Positions 26,601 to 40,321 of a stretch of 64,000 bases of DNA are shown piece by piece. The notes beneath the pieces were generated by a model. It did no database searches. It was not told the origin of the DNA and saw only the letters and a program-made list of their open reading frames with translations. Location of the stretch: contig NW_025766970.1 in assembly GCF_003918875.1 (NCBI RefSeq), forward strand, positions 744,001 through 808,000. The letters are read 5' to 3'. This stretch comes from Haliotis rubra. Taxonomy: Eukaryota. Positions within the stretch are counted from its first letter, which is position 1. Each line of letters begins with the position of its first letter. The translations under genes and the position numbers were made by a program.

Positions 26601-27874
26601 ACAAACCAAAATGGGGGACGCCGCTGCAGACGCTTTTTCTCGAGTTGCAAACTTTAGAGTGAAGTCTTCAATTTGGAAACATTTTCAATTGATCTCTTGT
26701 ACAATCACATCTTAGCCCTGACAGTGACCAGTGGCATTGTTTCAAAAGAAAGGAAACAATAATTTCATTACCTTAACCCAGGTGTACACTTTCACAATAC
26801 GGAAATTTTGGCAATACTCAACCCTATTAGTATCTCCTTTGTATTTCTATTTACCGACAATTTCTGTTTACCGACTAAAGCAGGACAGTATGTGTTACCA
26901 GCATCATTCATTGTACGTTACCGACATCCAGACTTTGAGTTACCGACATCCTCGCGCCATTTTAAAAATGCATATTCTTCAACACATAGACATTTATAAG
27001 CAAATTCAGTGCATTCAGTGTATTCGCACCATCAAAGTTTATCAGTGTGCTAACTAATGTTGATTGTATACACGTGGAAGACTGCTTATTCGAAGGGAAT
27101 AATCGCCAAGCGATCTTGTCTGCCGCCATGTTGTGATGTTGGTAACGCACGTTACCAGCATCACCTTAGATACAGTGAAAGTGTGTAATGAGGTTATGAA
27201 CAGTTTCAGACAGTTTCCAATAGTTCACAACGTAACTGGCATTTTTGTCTATCAAAGTTTGCAAGGTTTTGTTTGCTAATGATCAAGTATGGCGATTGTG
27301 AGCGAAGGAAATTTCCAACATCAAGACATCATTTAACTCCTTTTTCGATCAAGTCCGTGACTTTTTCTTGCCACACGTTTATTCTGTATTGATCTGTATG
27401 CCCTACGATAATCAACCTGGGTCAATGATTGGCTTATGTTTTGATATTCAGACTGGCAATCGCCATACACGGCCTTTGCGAAACATTTTACCTCATGTTC
27501 ACAAGTTTGACAATGTTCATATCAACACATGCTTGTTTAGGAAGGACAAACTGTTTGGATCTTGTAATACTTAGTGATTCAGTTCTGTTCGCCTGTCTAT
27601 TGTTTTTGTTCGCCTTCAGGTGACATGTGTCCCCGCCAACAGTTCATCAGGACCAGATGACAATTCAGTGTGGTTCCCCTTGCCTATGACGTCACATGAC
27701 AACACGTCAGTGACTCTCAACTACAGCCAACTATGTCTTCGGTCTAGAGAAATGGTGGTGTCTGCCATACGTTATGCCTGGCGAGAGTCGCCGTGTCCCT
27801 TTAAACAGTGTGCCGTCTACAACAAGGATAGTGGCTACCCTGGGCCACCATTCATTCGATTTGTTAGGCAATAA
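20641..27874 (+). CDS. SIAE: SIAE-like sialate O-acetylesterase, copy 3 (8 exons, open frame)
   Basis: Exons 20641-20725, 21110-21450, 22440-22578, 22926-23222, 23414-23553, 24404-24561, 24798-24987, 27620-27874; closest to copy 2; YGGT changed to YEGT. Confidence 0.92.
21574..22138. mobile_element. Degenerate non-autonomous DNA element with many ACAACGTT subterminal repeats (EnSpm/CMC-like)
   Basis: Starts cccatctaacacacaacgtt; dense aacgtt repeats at both ends; absent from copy 2 intron 2. Confidence 0.5.
25464..27177. mobile_element. Non-autonomous long-TIR DNA transposon, CAC...GTG termini, 5-bp TSD (Transib/RAG-like)
   Basis: cactgtatctaaggtgatgctgg...ccagcatcaccttagatacagtg; TSD aaagt at 25459-25463 and 27178-27182; ~430-bp inverted arms; absent from copy 2 intron 7. 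Confidence 0.75.
26344..26826 (+). mobile_element. hAT deletion derivative nested in right arm of long-TIR element
   Basis: TAGGG...CCCTA termini, 8-bp TSD ttagtatc; retains MGDAAADAFSRVANFRVKSSIWKHF (BED zinc-finger start) from 26611. Confidence 0.8.
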
Positions 27875-29117
27875 GATGAGAAGTATTACAATTCTGAAAT
27901 AAATCGGATACAAAATACATATAATGTTTGATTTTGAGTACCATCTTGAGACATCAGTGATGTCATCTTGGTGATGAAGATGAGCCTTCCTTAAAAAAGG
28001 TTAACAACTCCATGTTAACTTTAGGGAACGTCAGCACTCGGTGATCATAGACCTATCGACGTTGGGCTAATGTCACTTTTTCTTCTGAAGCCAGGTTCAT
28101 TCTCGACTTCCATGACCGAGTATGGAGATTTCGAGATTATAATAATATAAACGTTAACATAAAGCAGCATGATTCATTTAGGGGAGAGTCAATAATATAT
28201 ATAGTATCACAATGACTGGAAATGTGCTCCATATTGTCCACGGTAGGGTCCAGGTCAACACTATCAAGACAATATCTTTGCCCTATTGCTCACAGCTTCC
28301 TTTTTCTAAATCGCTCTATACATTTCTGTGTGCCTATTTTTTACATCTGAATTATGCTTAGACTATTTTGATCTCACCGTTGTGTCGAACCTAATGATTT
28401 CTCAATGATCACAGTTTAGGCACTGTGTGTTCCTTCTTTTTTCATCAGTTCCGTTTATGTTGAGCCTCTGACACCTGAAGTATTGACTTCAACTTCGACA
28501 CAGTGTTTGAAGGATTCCGTGGAAATGTGTGTCTAAATAAGCTTGATATACGTTCATGATGCTACGTTTAGACGGCGGAGCGAGGTACAACATGCAATTG
28601 TAGTATAGATCGAGTCTCTCATTCATCAAGTCACCTGAACAAATCAGCCCCTGCTTTGATACTTAGATCACCCATAGACGTCCTGTCTTCAACGAACATA
28701 CTTCGATCAGACTGGAACTCAGAAAGTCCGGGACCACTGTCCACGTCTCTGTCATTGCATAGATTTGTGGTAATCTGTTATTTTGCTTACATGTCGTAAT
28801 AGAAAATCGAGTTTCCGCCGCTCCAAAATAAATGCTATTCATTTCATACATTGTCTTGGATCTGAGCGTCAGCGACTTTAAATTTCAGACGACGTCGTTA
28901 CTGAAATACCGATCATTTACATTTCTAGACATTAGTTTTTTATTAAGTAGTTTTGTCATATCTAACAGAACAGTCAACAGAAGCACATTAGCTAATTCTC
29001 GTGACTATTTTTAACTTTCTGGAAGAAATTGTCACCCGACAACACCTATCTGAGATCATAAGGACAAAGTTAAATCTAAAGGAGATAAGGCACCGTGTAC
29101 GTCGTGCAGTCTTGTAG

Positions 29118-29800
29118 ATGGCGGCTGAAATGGAATCAGTTGTATGGAAATTCATTTGGACATTCGTCTATGTGACAGCATTAGCAGCATATTCTGGAAG
29201 AGGTAAAATACATGATGTCTGGCAGCAACCATTCAAAATTAGGAAAAGATCTAAGAGCATTGTCTTTTTGTTATTAGTAAGTGATGGCTAAATTGTTATT
29301 GTACCTCATTATTTCAAATTGGTAGTTTGTGGAAGCAGGCAGACATCGAGCACTCTTGAACGCGACGTAAAATCCTATCAAACATGTACATGTACTTCTT
29401 GATTTAGCACAGAGATGTATTCTACTGCATTCTCTTCATACTTCTCTAATCCTCTTCAGGGGCCACGGCGCAAAAGCCAGTTGCCTTTGCCAGTTACTAT
29501 GGTGACCACATGGTTCTTTAAAAGGCTCCCCAAAAAAACAAACATCTGGGGCTATGCTGCAAAGGAAGGGGAGACAATCACTTTAAGCGTTAGTGGTAAG
29601 GGGCAGGTGACTACAGCATCCTTTATTGGACCTATCCCATCAACTACTGTGTGGTCAGTTCAACTTCCTGCCATTGATGCTGGGGGCCCTTACAACATCA
29701 CAGCAACATCTAGCGAGTGCAGCATCAACCTAACAGATGTCCTGCTTGGGGATGTCTGATATGCTCGGGTCAGAGCAACATGCAGTGTACAGTTTCCGAG
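29118..29800 (+). pseudogene. SIAE-like truncated pseudogene, copy 4 (exons 1-2 only)
   Basis: Exon 1 29118-29202 near-identical to copy 2; exon 2 29460-29800 has CAA>TAA, +1 frameshift and TGG>TGA; intron-2 homology ends ~30250. Confidence 0.9.
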
Positions 29801-32800
29801 GTAGGTTGCGTCAACATAGATATTGAAGAGTAGTCTTGCTTTACATGGAACACAGTGTTGTGGTGTTGATGTCTGCTGCTTCCTACTTCCTACTTCAACG
29901 GAATATCAACATGGAGTAAAATTTCTTAATCCTAACTCGTGTCAGAGACTATAATTTAAATGGTTTTTCCGGAGTTGTCACCCGTTTGTGCTTATAATAC
30001 GCAAATGCCTCTTCTTCTTACGAAATTCCTGCAGGTAGTTGAACGATTTGAGTTGTAGTTTAGTTGGGCCTTTCTGGTTCACTGCCCACGATTCTCCTAA
30101 CTGTACAACCCAGAATGGCCTGCAGCCGACTGGTCTAACTACAGTTAACTGTTACTGATGTCTTATGAGTCAATCTGAGTGGGGGTTATCTCTGTTCTAC
30201 CCAAGTGGTAAAGGTTTAAGAACTAGTGCCACACTCCATCCTGTTCTGGGTGATGAAAGATCATGAGATGACTCTGTTATTGGTTTGCAGAATAAACTTA
30301 ATTTGTTAAAAACGTATTGTTGCAAATGGGGCTCACACGTTAACTTGGATAAATATATAGGTATAATCTTCTCATCAAGACTTGCCTGGCCTAAAGGCTT
30401 GTGGAACGTTAGCCCTTCAATCTAAAAAGGCCTACTTTTCCATTGAGTGAGTAATTGGTTTATTCAATAAAGGGGCCACCGGCCCATTATACAGTTACAT
30501 AAGTCATATCATGCAAGTTGAATTCTGTAGCGCCATAACACCGTACAAGGTCAATAAACATACACTTAATGGGTTGTACCAGTTTTGTTAAGGTAAGTGT
30601 TACATTGTTTAAATGCAAGGAACAAAAACTTCGCTAAATGATTTAAAATACCTGAATCGTGTGATGTGCAAAGTAACACAAGTTTATCATATTACTCGCC
30701 TCGCTACTTTATAACAAATACGTTAATACGTTGGATAGTTAGCCTTTCGCCAGACAGACCCCATGCTCGCTCAAAAGGCAATATTTCAGAAACCGTTACA
30801 CCGATTTTCGTGAAGTTTTACATGCACATCAACCAGAAGTATACACATTAGCGGAACGGGATTAGGGACTTAACAAAGGCTTAATTTGGAAAATTAAGCC
30901 TTTGGAAGGACCCGATGCCGTACCCCTATTGTGCATACTACTTGGCAAGTTCAAAATAGGGAACTGCATCAGCCATAATTCTGACAATAATGCGACAAAT
31001 TGTACAGCATCCTCCGCATGTGATCCATGAAGAAATGTATGAAATCTTCGTTGAATGAGTTTTCTCATTTATCCTAAAAACATGTAAATAAATGTAGATG
31101 CTGGAGTATTTCTCGGCATGAACGGAAGTTGACTATTGGAAAGTTCACAAGGTTTCCGTTTGTCTCGGTTCTGCTTTCAGAATACAAGAATGTTTTGACG
31201 CACGTACTGCATTATTATTCTGTCGCAAACAACAATTCACGGCCCCATAACTCTGACCCTCTTGACTAAAAATATTGACAATAATACTTCACATTCTTAA
31301 CCATACGAAGGAATATTTTCTTAAAAATAATATTTTTAAGTACAAGTAGTTTAACATAGACAGTAGAGATATGATAGAGGTAGACTGTGTCCTGATTGTA
31401 TTGTACAGCCATTACTCAAACAGTCCGGCATACATGGGGCCAACTGTCTCGACATTTCTCCTGGTTACCGTAACCGTTCACGTTGCAGGAGCAGGTATGT
31501 GTTCTAGAGATTATGTTTGTTCAGACACCTTTATCGGATCTCATGATAAATTCATATTAAGAATCTGTGCATCCAGTGATATTAGAAATTCCCACTTTCG
31601 CCCATGGATACCAGCATGACACGAATGTTGGGCTTCTGTAGAGAAACTGCTCTTCAGCTGATGTTTGAATTGTGGCATGCATCAGCTCTATTTCTGGTCA
31701 TACTTTAATCCCAGTTACTGAAACAGGAGAAGTTGTCATAGTCAAACACATTTGTGTCGAACTTTAATGTGTCGAATTTAAGTCTGTCTCCAAGTGAAAA
31801 CAGTCTATTCCTTGTTTGGTAATCATTTTACATTTTGTGTCGAAGTATATACTTGGGTCCCTTCACATTCGACATAGCGGTGTCTCACTGTATTATGTCC
31901 ATATCACTCTACAGGCCAAAATGGTTAGTTCCTGGGCAGCAGAATAGTTTGGGTGAGCAAATTAATCAGTCATCATTAACATTCAATCATTAAATGTGAA
32001 ACAATTCTAGTGAACATAACTAAGTAAATTCTAAGTCAGTCAATTTAATGAGCAAATTAAACAGTGATCACTGTTGATAACGACTAATAATGTGAAAATA
32101 AGTTATTGCCATATTTCCAGTGAACAGAACTCAATTACTCATAACTCAAAGCTCACAGAAAAATCAATTCTCATTTCGCTTCACATTCCAGATTTTTACA
32201 CCACCCAGTGTTTTAATGCCTTGAAATCACAGTGTAATCACGCAGGTGTTTGCTGTACTGACAATGTTGTCTGCTTGGGTCACTATGCGACACGGACACA
32301 TATTCATTATCTCCTCGCTTATCTGGAAGTTTGATCTACATTGTAGTTCAGGGAACATAGTGATTAAAGCATTCTCTTTTGCAAGTTACCATGGAAACCA
32401 CGTGTCTCTCAAAAAGCACCCAAAGAGAAATATATTTTTGGTTTTGCTGAACAACAAACACATTGGTATTTTATTGTAGAGGCCATAAAAGCGAAACCCT
32501 TTGCCTTTGCAAGTTACTATGGTGACCACATGGTTCTTCAACAAGCGCCAAAGAAAGCTACAATATGGGGCTATGCTGCTAAACAAGGGGAGACAATCAC
32601 TGTAAGCGTTAGCGGTAAGGGACAGGTGAATACAACATCCTTTTTTGGACCTGTCCCATCAACCCCTGTGTGGTCAGTACAACTTCCTGCCATCGATTTT
32701 TTGGGCCCTTACAACATCACAGCGACATCTAGCGAGGGCAGCATCAACCTAACAGATGTGTTGTTTGGGGATGTCTGGATATGCTCGGGTGAGAGCAACA

Positions 32801-32884
32801 TGCAGTTTACACTTTCCATGGTAGGTTGTATTAGATATTGAATAGTCAATTGAACATTCAGTAGTCGTATTGATTTACAATGTT

Positions 32885-33082
32885 TCGTAAGAGGCGACTA
32901 ACGGGATGGGGTGGTCAGGCCCTCTGACTTGGTTGACACATGTCATGGGGTCCCAATTGCGCAGATCGATGCTCACCCTGTTGATCACTGGATTGTCTGG
33001 TCCAGACTCGATTATTTACAGACCGCCGCCATATAACTGGAATATTGCTGAGTGCGGCGTAAAACTAAACTCACTCACTCAC
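32885..33082 (+). mobile_element. SINE family A, 5'-truncated
   Basis: Family match; TSD tacaatgtttcgt. Confidence 0.85.
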
Positions 33083-33723
33083 TACAATGTTTCGTGTTTT
33101 CAAAATATGGAATGGATATCAAAGAACAAAACGCAAACCTGGTCTTTGACATGCAGCCAATCGAAAGATTCTGACTTCACAAATAGAGCAACTTAATGAA
33201 TGTCTCTGCTGACGATACGTCAAGAACTTCAGCTATGCTTGTAGTTGATGATATCTGATATTTCGTCCATTTATAATATCCTTGATCATGGTTCAACAGA
33301 GCATTATGTTTAACTGAATACACTCTGCGCAGGCTTTCGATGCAACGAAGGAGGCAGCAGATGCTGTTAACTATCCCTACATCCGGGTGTTTACAGTTGG
33401 TGAGGGTGGGTCTGCGGTGGGGGAATATGATCTGCTGAACATCAGTCAACCATGGTCTGTTCCTAGTGCAGGTAGAGTGATCAGCTTTGACATTGTCACC
33501 CAGTCATGCACAATCATTATTTGTCAGCACTCAATATCAACCGGTTGCTTCAAAGTGTGTTTCCAGAGGTCAACATTGCTGCTCTCTTACAGATGCAACA
33601 GGTTTAAAGAGATCCCTTATTGTGAAATCTAAAAAGCATTTGACTATAAAAGTTCCACCAACGTGTTTACATTGATATTATTATTGTGTAGTATTACAGG
33701 TTAATTATGTCCATTTACGTTAG

Positions 33724-33964
33724 ACACGTGAAGATCCGGGTTAGAATTGATTTTTGGTAACCCATGCTTGTCTTAAGAGGTGACTAACGGGATCGGCTGA
33801 TCAGACTCGCTGTCTTGGTTGACACATGTCACCGTGTCCGAATTGAGTAGAACGATGCTCATGATGTCGATCACTGGATTGTTTGGTCCATACTTGATTA
33901 TTTACAGACCGCCACCATATAGCTGGAATATTGCTGAGTGCGGCGTAAAACTAAACTCACTCAC
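33724..33964 (+). mobile_element. SINE family A
   Basis: Family match; TSD ccatttacg. Confidence 0.85.
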
Positions 33965-34834
33965 CATTTACGCTATATTTTGGTGTACTTTTATCCATCA
34001 TAACATATTTCCTAACATCAAGCTACAATTGGTGGTCCGGATTGGTCGTACTTCTCGGCAGTCTGTTGGCTATACGCCAAGTACGTGTCGACATACCTCG
34101 AATGGCCAATCGGCCTCATATCGGCGTCATACGGAGGAACACGAGTGGAGGCGTGGTCAGCTACCCAATGTACTCAGGAAATGTGGTGTCAGCGATGTAG
34201 CCAATGTAAGCGATTCTACTGATGTTTCTGGTGTTGATCCAAATGCTGCCTCTGTCTTGTGGAATGCCATGATACGACCGTTCCTCAACATGACCATATA
34301 TGGAGTCCTTTGGTATCAAGGTAAGCATAAGTTCGCATTACACCCGGTTATCCATCTATTTTAGTGAAACAATGTCTTGCCAAAATGATATTTGAAGCGC
34401 TGAGTCTGAGTACAGGTAACATTCTTACTGACTAAAAAGACACTTCTCAAATGAATGTGCCCACACTGACCTCAGCATGCAGTGTATCGTGCATTCGAGA
34501 AAATGGGGAGCTTAATTCAAGATAAAACAAAAATATTCCTCTCCTCGGAATTGTAACAGCAGACCACTGACATGTTGAGGCAGCTGAATAATGAATCGAT
34601 CACTGAAACATTTATCGGGGAAAATGTATCTATCAATAGCGTATGGTGCTCTTGGAATGGTCGTTGATATGACGCATAGTACAGACATAAGATTCTAAAC
34701 AGAATGCGAGAAGACAACCAGGTTTCCGAATATAACGAAAAGTGAGTTTTTGAACGTGATGGTGTCACAATTGGCCGCAAGTGTGTACATCTGAGAATGA
34801 CAACGTACTTCAATGAGATCACAATTCTATTTTG

Positions 34835-34937
34835 TGTGACTGAGTATAGTTTTACGCTGCATGTTGGCAATGTTCCAGCAATATCACGGCGGGGGACACC
34901 AGGAATGGGCCTCACACATTGTACCCATGTAGGGAAT
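34835..34937 (-). mobile_element. SINE family B fragment
   Basis: Reverse complement of the 3' part of the element at 51640. Confidence 0.7.
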
Positions 34938-35227
34938 GCTATTTTGATATAATGGATATAAATCGTAGAGTCTGGATACGCACCAAAATATGTCAGATGT
35001 ACTTAATCAACAAAGTTTGGAATCGAGGAATAATTCCTTCATCGCTTCATCGCTTTTAAGAGGGGCATATTCAAAGGTCACCAATAAGTTTACGAGTTGA
35101 ATATTTCCCCCACAACCAATTAAGCCCAGTACCATACTATCTTATACATTCACTGAACTAAAACAAGTGCGTATACATTGTCATGTCAGAGACAAGGACG
35201 AGGTGGATGACTCACAGCGGACCATAG

Positions 35228-35990
35228 AGAATACTACACGAGGTCTCATAACATACGAATTATACGAAACGAGTGTCCTTCCTATGGTATCTGACCGAGC
35301 GAAAGCGAGGTCAGAAACCATAGGAAGGTCACGAGTTTCGTATAATTCGTATGTTATGAGACCTCGTGTGGTATTTTATTCATCACCCACGTCTTACATG
35401 CTTTAAACTGACAAAATAGCGTATTTTTGTTATTTTTATGGTTTCAAACCGAAACCGGTTTCATAAAGAGGTTGCGGAAGAATGTTGTTCTGTAGTACAC
35501 TTTTTGCATGACGTGACACTGTAATGACTACGCCTTGCTCGTCTGCCCCCTTGGTAACCGACGTCACGATGCATGTCAGTTGTCATCGCCTTGTACAGCC
35601 GCCTACATTAAACTACTCCTAGTACCCCGTTTTTTAGTTTGCAGTTGCTTCACTCGGCTAACATCACTTGTGGAAACATTGCGTTTATGTTTTTCGACGG
35701 ATATAATGTCTCAGTTCGACTCAAAATTAAACAGCGATACGGCAACGTTCGCAATGATTACATTCCCACAATGCATTTAAGTTGTAGAATGAATGAATTC
35801 ACGTGTTTGTTATGAATGAAAAAGTAGTTCCGTCACAACGTGACCTAATTGAGAGGTCATCGGTTATCCAATCAAATCGTTAGAATCTCAGGTCAAGTCG
35901 TTACGACACAGGTGAACGCGATACGACACTCGTGTGACGTACGAGATTAGTATGCAACTACCCATACGTATTACCACGTGGGTAATAAAC
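35228..35990. mobile_element. Non-coding element with long terminal hairpin and subterminal inverted repeat (possibly Crypton-like)
   Basis: ~67-bp-arm palindrome 35230-35375, followed by ttattcatcacccacgt that pairs with acgtgggtaataaa at ~35976-35989. Confidence 0.5.
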
Positions 35991-38900
35991 GTGTAGACCA
36001 AACAATGAACCTGAATACTGTGTCACATTTATGTATCTCAATATTCTGTGACCAGGTGAAGCCAATGCTGGGTCTCCAACAATGAACCAGTACAACTGTA
36101 CATTCCCCGCCATGATTGTCGACTGGAGAGACAGATTCCATCAAGCATCATTAGGACAAACATACCAAGTCTTTCCTTTTGGTTTTGTACAGGTAAGATT
36201 CAATACTACTATCACAAACACCACAACAATGCTTGAAGCGCAGCGTTAATAGCATGACAAAACATAACATGTTGCAGTGGTGATAGGTGTTCTATTACTC
36301 TAAGCATGCAAAGCATCCTATTTACATAATAGACATCAGACAACCCGTCCATGTGATGTTTGGTATGTTAAGATAACTGAAAATGCCTGTTGTCGATTTG
36401 ATAAAATTGTTCAATAAAAGCAATATAGCACTTAATGTCAGCTCCCTTCCCCTGATTTACTTGCCTGAACCAGGAATGTAAGCGGGCAGTAAAACAGCCT
36501 TAACAGTTATAAATTTTGATCAATGCCTAAAGATTGAGTGATAAAAATGTTCACAATTATTTTTACAATATACATGACTTCAATGACTTCATTATCGTCA
36601 ACGTTCAAGTAATGTTCCAGTAACGTGATCAACGTCACAAAATGCAAGGCGTGAGCAAAGCTTTGAAAAAGTACTTTGGTAGACAGATGGACGACATTTC
36701 CACATTTAACTTGTCCCATGCAATTTCTTTATTGGGCTTGTATTCATATATGTTCCCGTGTTCTATTTTTCAAATATATGATATCATCATTATGCGACAG
36801 TGCTTTATAAACACATCCTCATGATATAATCGGAACAATGGACTAAGTTTTCCGCAAAGATGTGTTATGACCAAGAGACTATGGAAATGTTTTGGTCGTT
36901 TTTATGATTGCTTAGAATGTAGGTCAAACTATTCCTTATAACACGCAAACGGTCGATACGTACAGGTATTGACACATTATCCTTGCATATTTCATCGCTG
37001 GTTTTGAGAATTATACATTCACACAAAATGTGAACAAGTTCCCTTAAATTTGGTTATCCTGGAAAGATTCCTACATATTTCTAATTTTCAAGATATCTAA
37101 ATATGTTTATAAACCTTGTTCAATGAAAAGACAATAAATCAAATTGATCAATATTCACAGTATTCATTATTTGTAAGTTCGGACAATATTATAGGCCCTT
37201 CTGTTGTATAAATGAACAATTAATTCTATTCATTGTCTGCATGAGATTTTACCCTAAAATCTGGAGATAAATTCTGAATTGTCTGCAGCTTGCTCCCTGG
37301 AGAGACAATGACACCATTACTACAGGCTTCACAGACATTCGGTGGCACCAGACAGCTGACTTCGGCTTCGTCCCTAACGACAGAATGAACAACACCTTCA
37401 TGGCGGTGGCCATGGATCTGCCTGACTTTACCTCTCCATTCACAGGGTATGACAGTATATTTTTGTACAGTACTTGTATTGTATATCAATGTATTCTGAC
37501 AAAAGAATTTCAAACTAATATTCAATCCTTCGGAAATGTCCATTTTATACTGTTGTATGTACTTTCAGTATCCATCCCAGGGACAAGCAGGATATAGGTC
37601 ATCGTCTGTGTACAGCTGCACTTGCGGTGGCCTACAACCAAAGTCAGTTTACTTTTAGCGACGGACCTTTTCCTCAATATTTCCTAGTCTCCCAAAACCA
37701 AAGAACAATGGAGATAGACTATGACGCAGCCCTCGACATTAGATCAACAAACGGCTTTGAGGTCAGAGACCACTGCTGTCTATTTAGTACAAATTATATT
37801 TTGAATGTTTTTAATTTTGTCAATGTCGTCCAGAAGCTATAGGGCCAAAACAAAGTTGGAAGAGTTGTTGAATTCCATCCAAACACTGAAGCATGGTTGG
37901 GTGTATAACGACTCCCTGGAGAGCACCTAGGGGGGCAGCTACAGATGATGCGCCAACGGACGTTTCTGACCTTCGTGAGGGTCCAGATGGAGAGTAGATC
38001 TGACTGGATGTTTGGAGATGATGGTGTGTGCGATTTTGGCGTGACCTGACCAATGCTAGTGTTCTTTTCACACAATAATTCACACACGTAAACTGGCAGC
38101 GTGTCGGAACGTTCAGTTTTCAAACAGCGGCAGATTAACACTGTACAAGAGGTGAAGTTTCAGACAACAGAAAGTTGATGTTAGTATCCGCATATTGTGA
38201 ATCCATAAGTCAGCTGTTTAAGTAAAGATGTTTAGATTTACAATGTATTGCAGTGAGAAGTGATTCTGGTGATAGTTCATACATTTAAGTCTGCGTCTGT
38301 ATACCTTCAGGTGACATGCAGAAATATTTCATCTCCGACCGAAGACTCAGTGTGGTTCCCCTTGCCTATTGCGTCACACGGATACGAATCAGTGACCTTC
38401 AACTTCAGCCAAATATGTCTGCAGTCTGAAAACAAGGTGATCTCTACAATACGCTATGCTTGGAGAGAGTCACCATGTCCCTTTAAACAGTGTGCAGTCC
38501 ACAACATTAACGGGGGCTACCCTGCGCCACCTTTTATCCAACGTATTCTCCATGGTATGCCAAATGTTAAAATTGTACAATAAAATATGCAAGGAATGAA
38601 AGGCTGACATATGTTTGTTTGTTACTTATACATATGTGATGAGAGGCTCAAAGTTTCTGAGCTCACAATAAATCAAGTATAGTACACCCTTCACAGTTTG
38701 CATGCATTGCGTGTAACACGTGCCCAGCTTACAGACTGCGTTTGATTCAGAACACAATCAGGTATAACATATTTCTGCAGGCCTCAAAGTGCCTAGATTG
38801 TATTCTCTGTTGATACTAGTCTCACGCGTCATGAAGCTTCTCAAACTGAGAGGGTTTAAGGAGTATTAAACGGTCCTTCCTCTGTCACTATCAAGAACAT

Positions 38901-40321
38901 GGCAGAGGAGCTCCAAGTGGAAGGAGCGCCCTGAAGATGAACAAGATCATTACCTGCCACCACAAGGGGAAAAGTAGATAGAATATAGATGATCGCGACT
39001 CACCACACAACGCATGGCCAATGCATTGAGAACTTGCTGAGAAATGAACTAGGCGTGACACAAGTTTCTCCTATCTGGTGATGATGTTCTGGTGTGTTCC
39101 GGGTTCACCTTTATCAGTCTCTTTGATGAAGTAAAAGTCTCTTCTATCAATTGGCAAAGTGATGCCATCGATTTCACGGGTTCCAACAAATCTTACTGTT
39201 GGACTACCTCCATGAATGTCAGAACATTAATGCCCGCTAATCTGTTCAGGTAATTCGTGAGAGTATAAATTGTGTGTATATATATAAGTATATATATGCA
39301 AATTTTACTAAGGTGAGTGATACTACCAGGGAAATGCATCGTTGCATAGGTCTGTTGTCACCGTGGCTACAATGCATGACTGTGACTTTGACCTTACTAA
39401 AGTGCTCCACATTCAACATAGCCGACACCGCCCGAATGCCGTCTCTTCTCAAACTTGAAGAACGGACTCTCTACCAAGCAATGTGGAAATGATGTTGATG
39501 TAATTTATGCCGTGGAGGAACAGGAAGCATTCTACAACAGTGGGATCCTGAGTCGTCAGAAATGTGTGCACCTCACGGAGATCTACGCTGAACAATATTA
39601 GCAAACAAATCAATTCAGCATAGTACCGCTCAGATCTTGGCAGCTACTCTATACGGAAGCCTAATGGTGCCAAATATTTTGTAGAAATTGTAATTTCTTG
39701 TTGTTTTAATCATAAGTGTATTTCTTGGAATATTCGAAACGAGTTTTTCTTGTTAATGAAAAAAATATTTGCAGTATTATATAAATAAGAAAATAAGGCA
39801 AAATCGTATAATTAGAATTACGAGAAATAGTGAAATTACGAGAAATTGGATGACGTAATGAGATACAGAAAATTAAACAACCAGAACAATTCTACATTCA
39901 GTAGCATGTATATGGGTCTGGGTGGTAGCCCACTTTTCAGTAAGATCATTGTCGGTTTCCTGTAGAGTTTTTGGACAGGGCTTCGTAAGAGAGCGATCTG
40001 CAGTTTACCACCAACCCAAGGTCCACGTACACATCCAGAATGCCACTCTGCAGCTCACACCTGTCATTGTGTCCATCATGAAGATTGGTCCTTGGAGCTC
40101 GACTGACCCCAACCAAAATTGATTGAGCCTCCATGTCCGACTTGGTAGGAATTCTGAAATCGTTTTGATTATCTACGCCCGTCTGAGGCACCTCAATATT
40201 TGAAATCTGGACAGTGTCTGGCACATCTGTATAACGTTCTTGAGGCCAGCCCTGGCCTGCCCAATTGACGTCATCTTCAATCCCGACAGACATACCTGTC
40301 TCTTTTGTCGGCTCAGCGAGA

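Larger units (their letters stand above)
31434..38583 (+). pseudogene. SIAE: SIAE-like copy 5, complete 8-exon structure with one +1 frameshift in exon 4
   Basis: Exons 31434-31494, 32480-32820, 33333-33471, 34023-34320, 36056-36192, 37289-37446, 37569-37761, 38311-38583; extra A at ~34163 (gctacccaat vs gctcccaat). Could be a null allele or an assembly error. Confidence 0.8.

Noticed and set aside
25584-27057. Pair of similar ORFs on opposite strands
   Set aside because: By-product of the long inverted repeats.
30690-31340. Possible Helentron/HINE-like repeat
   Set aside because: Ends and diagnostic hairpins could not be defined.
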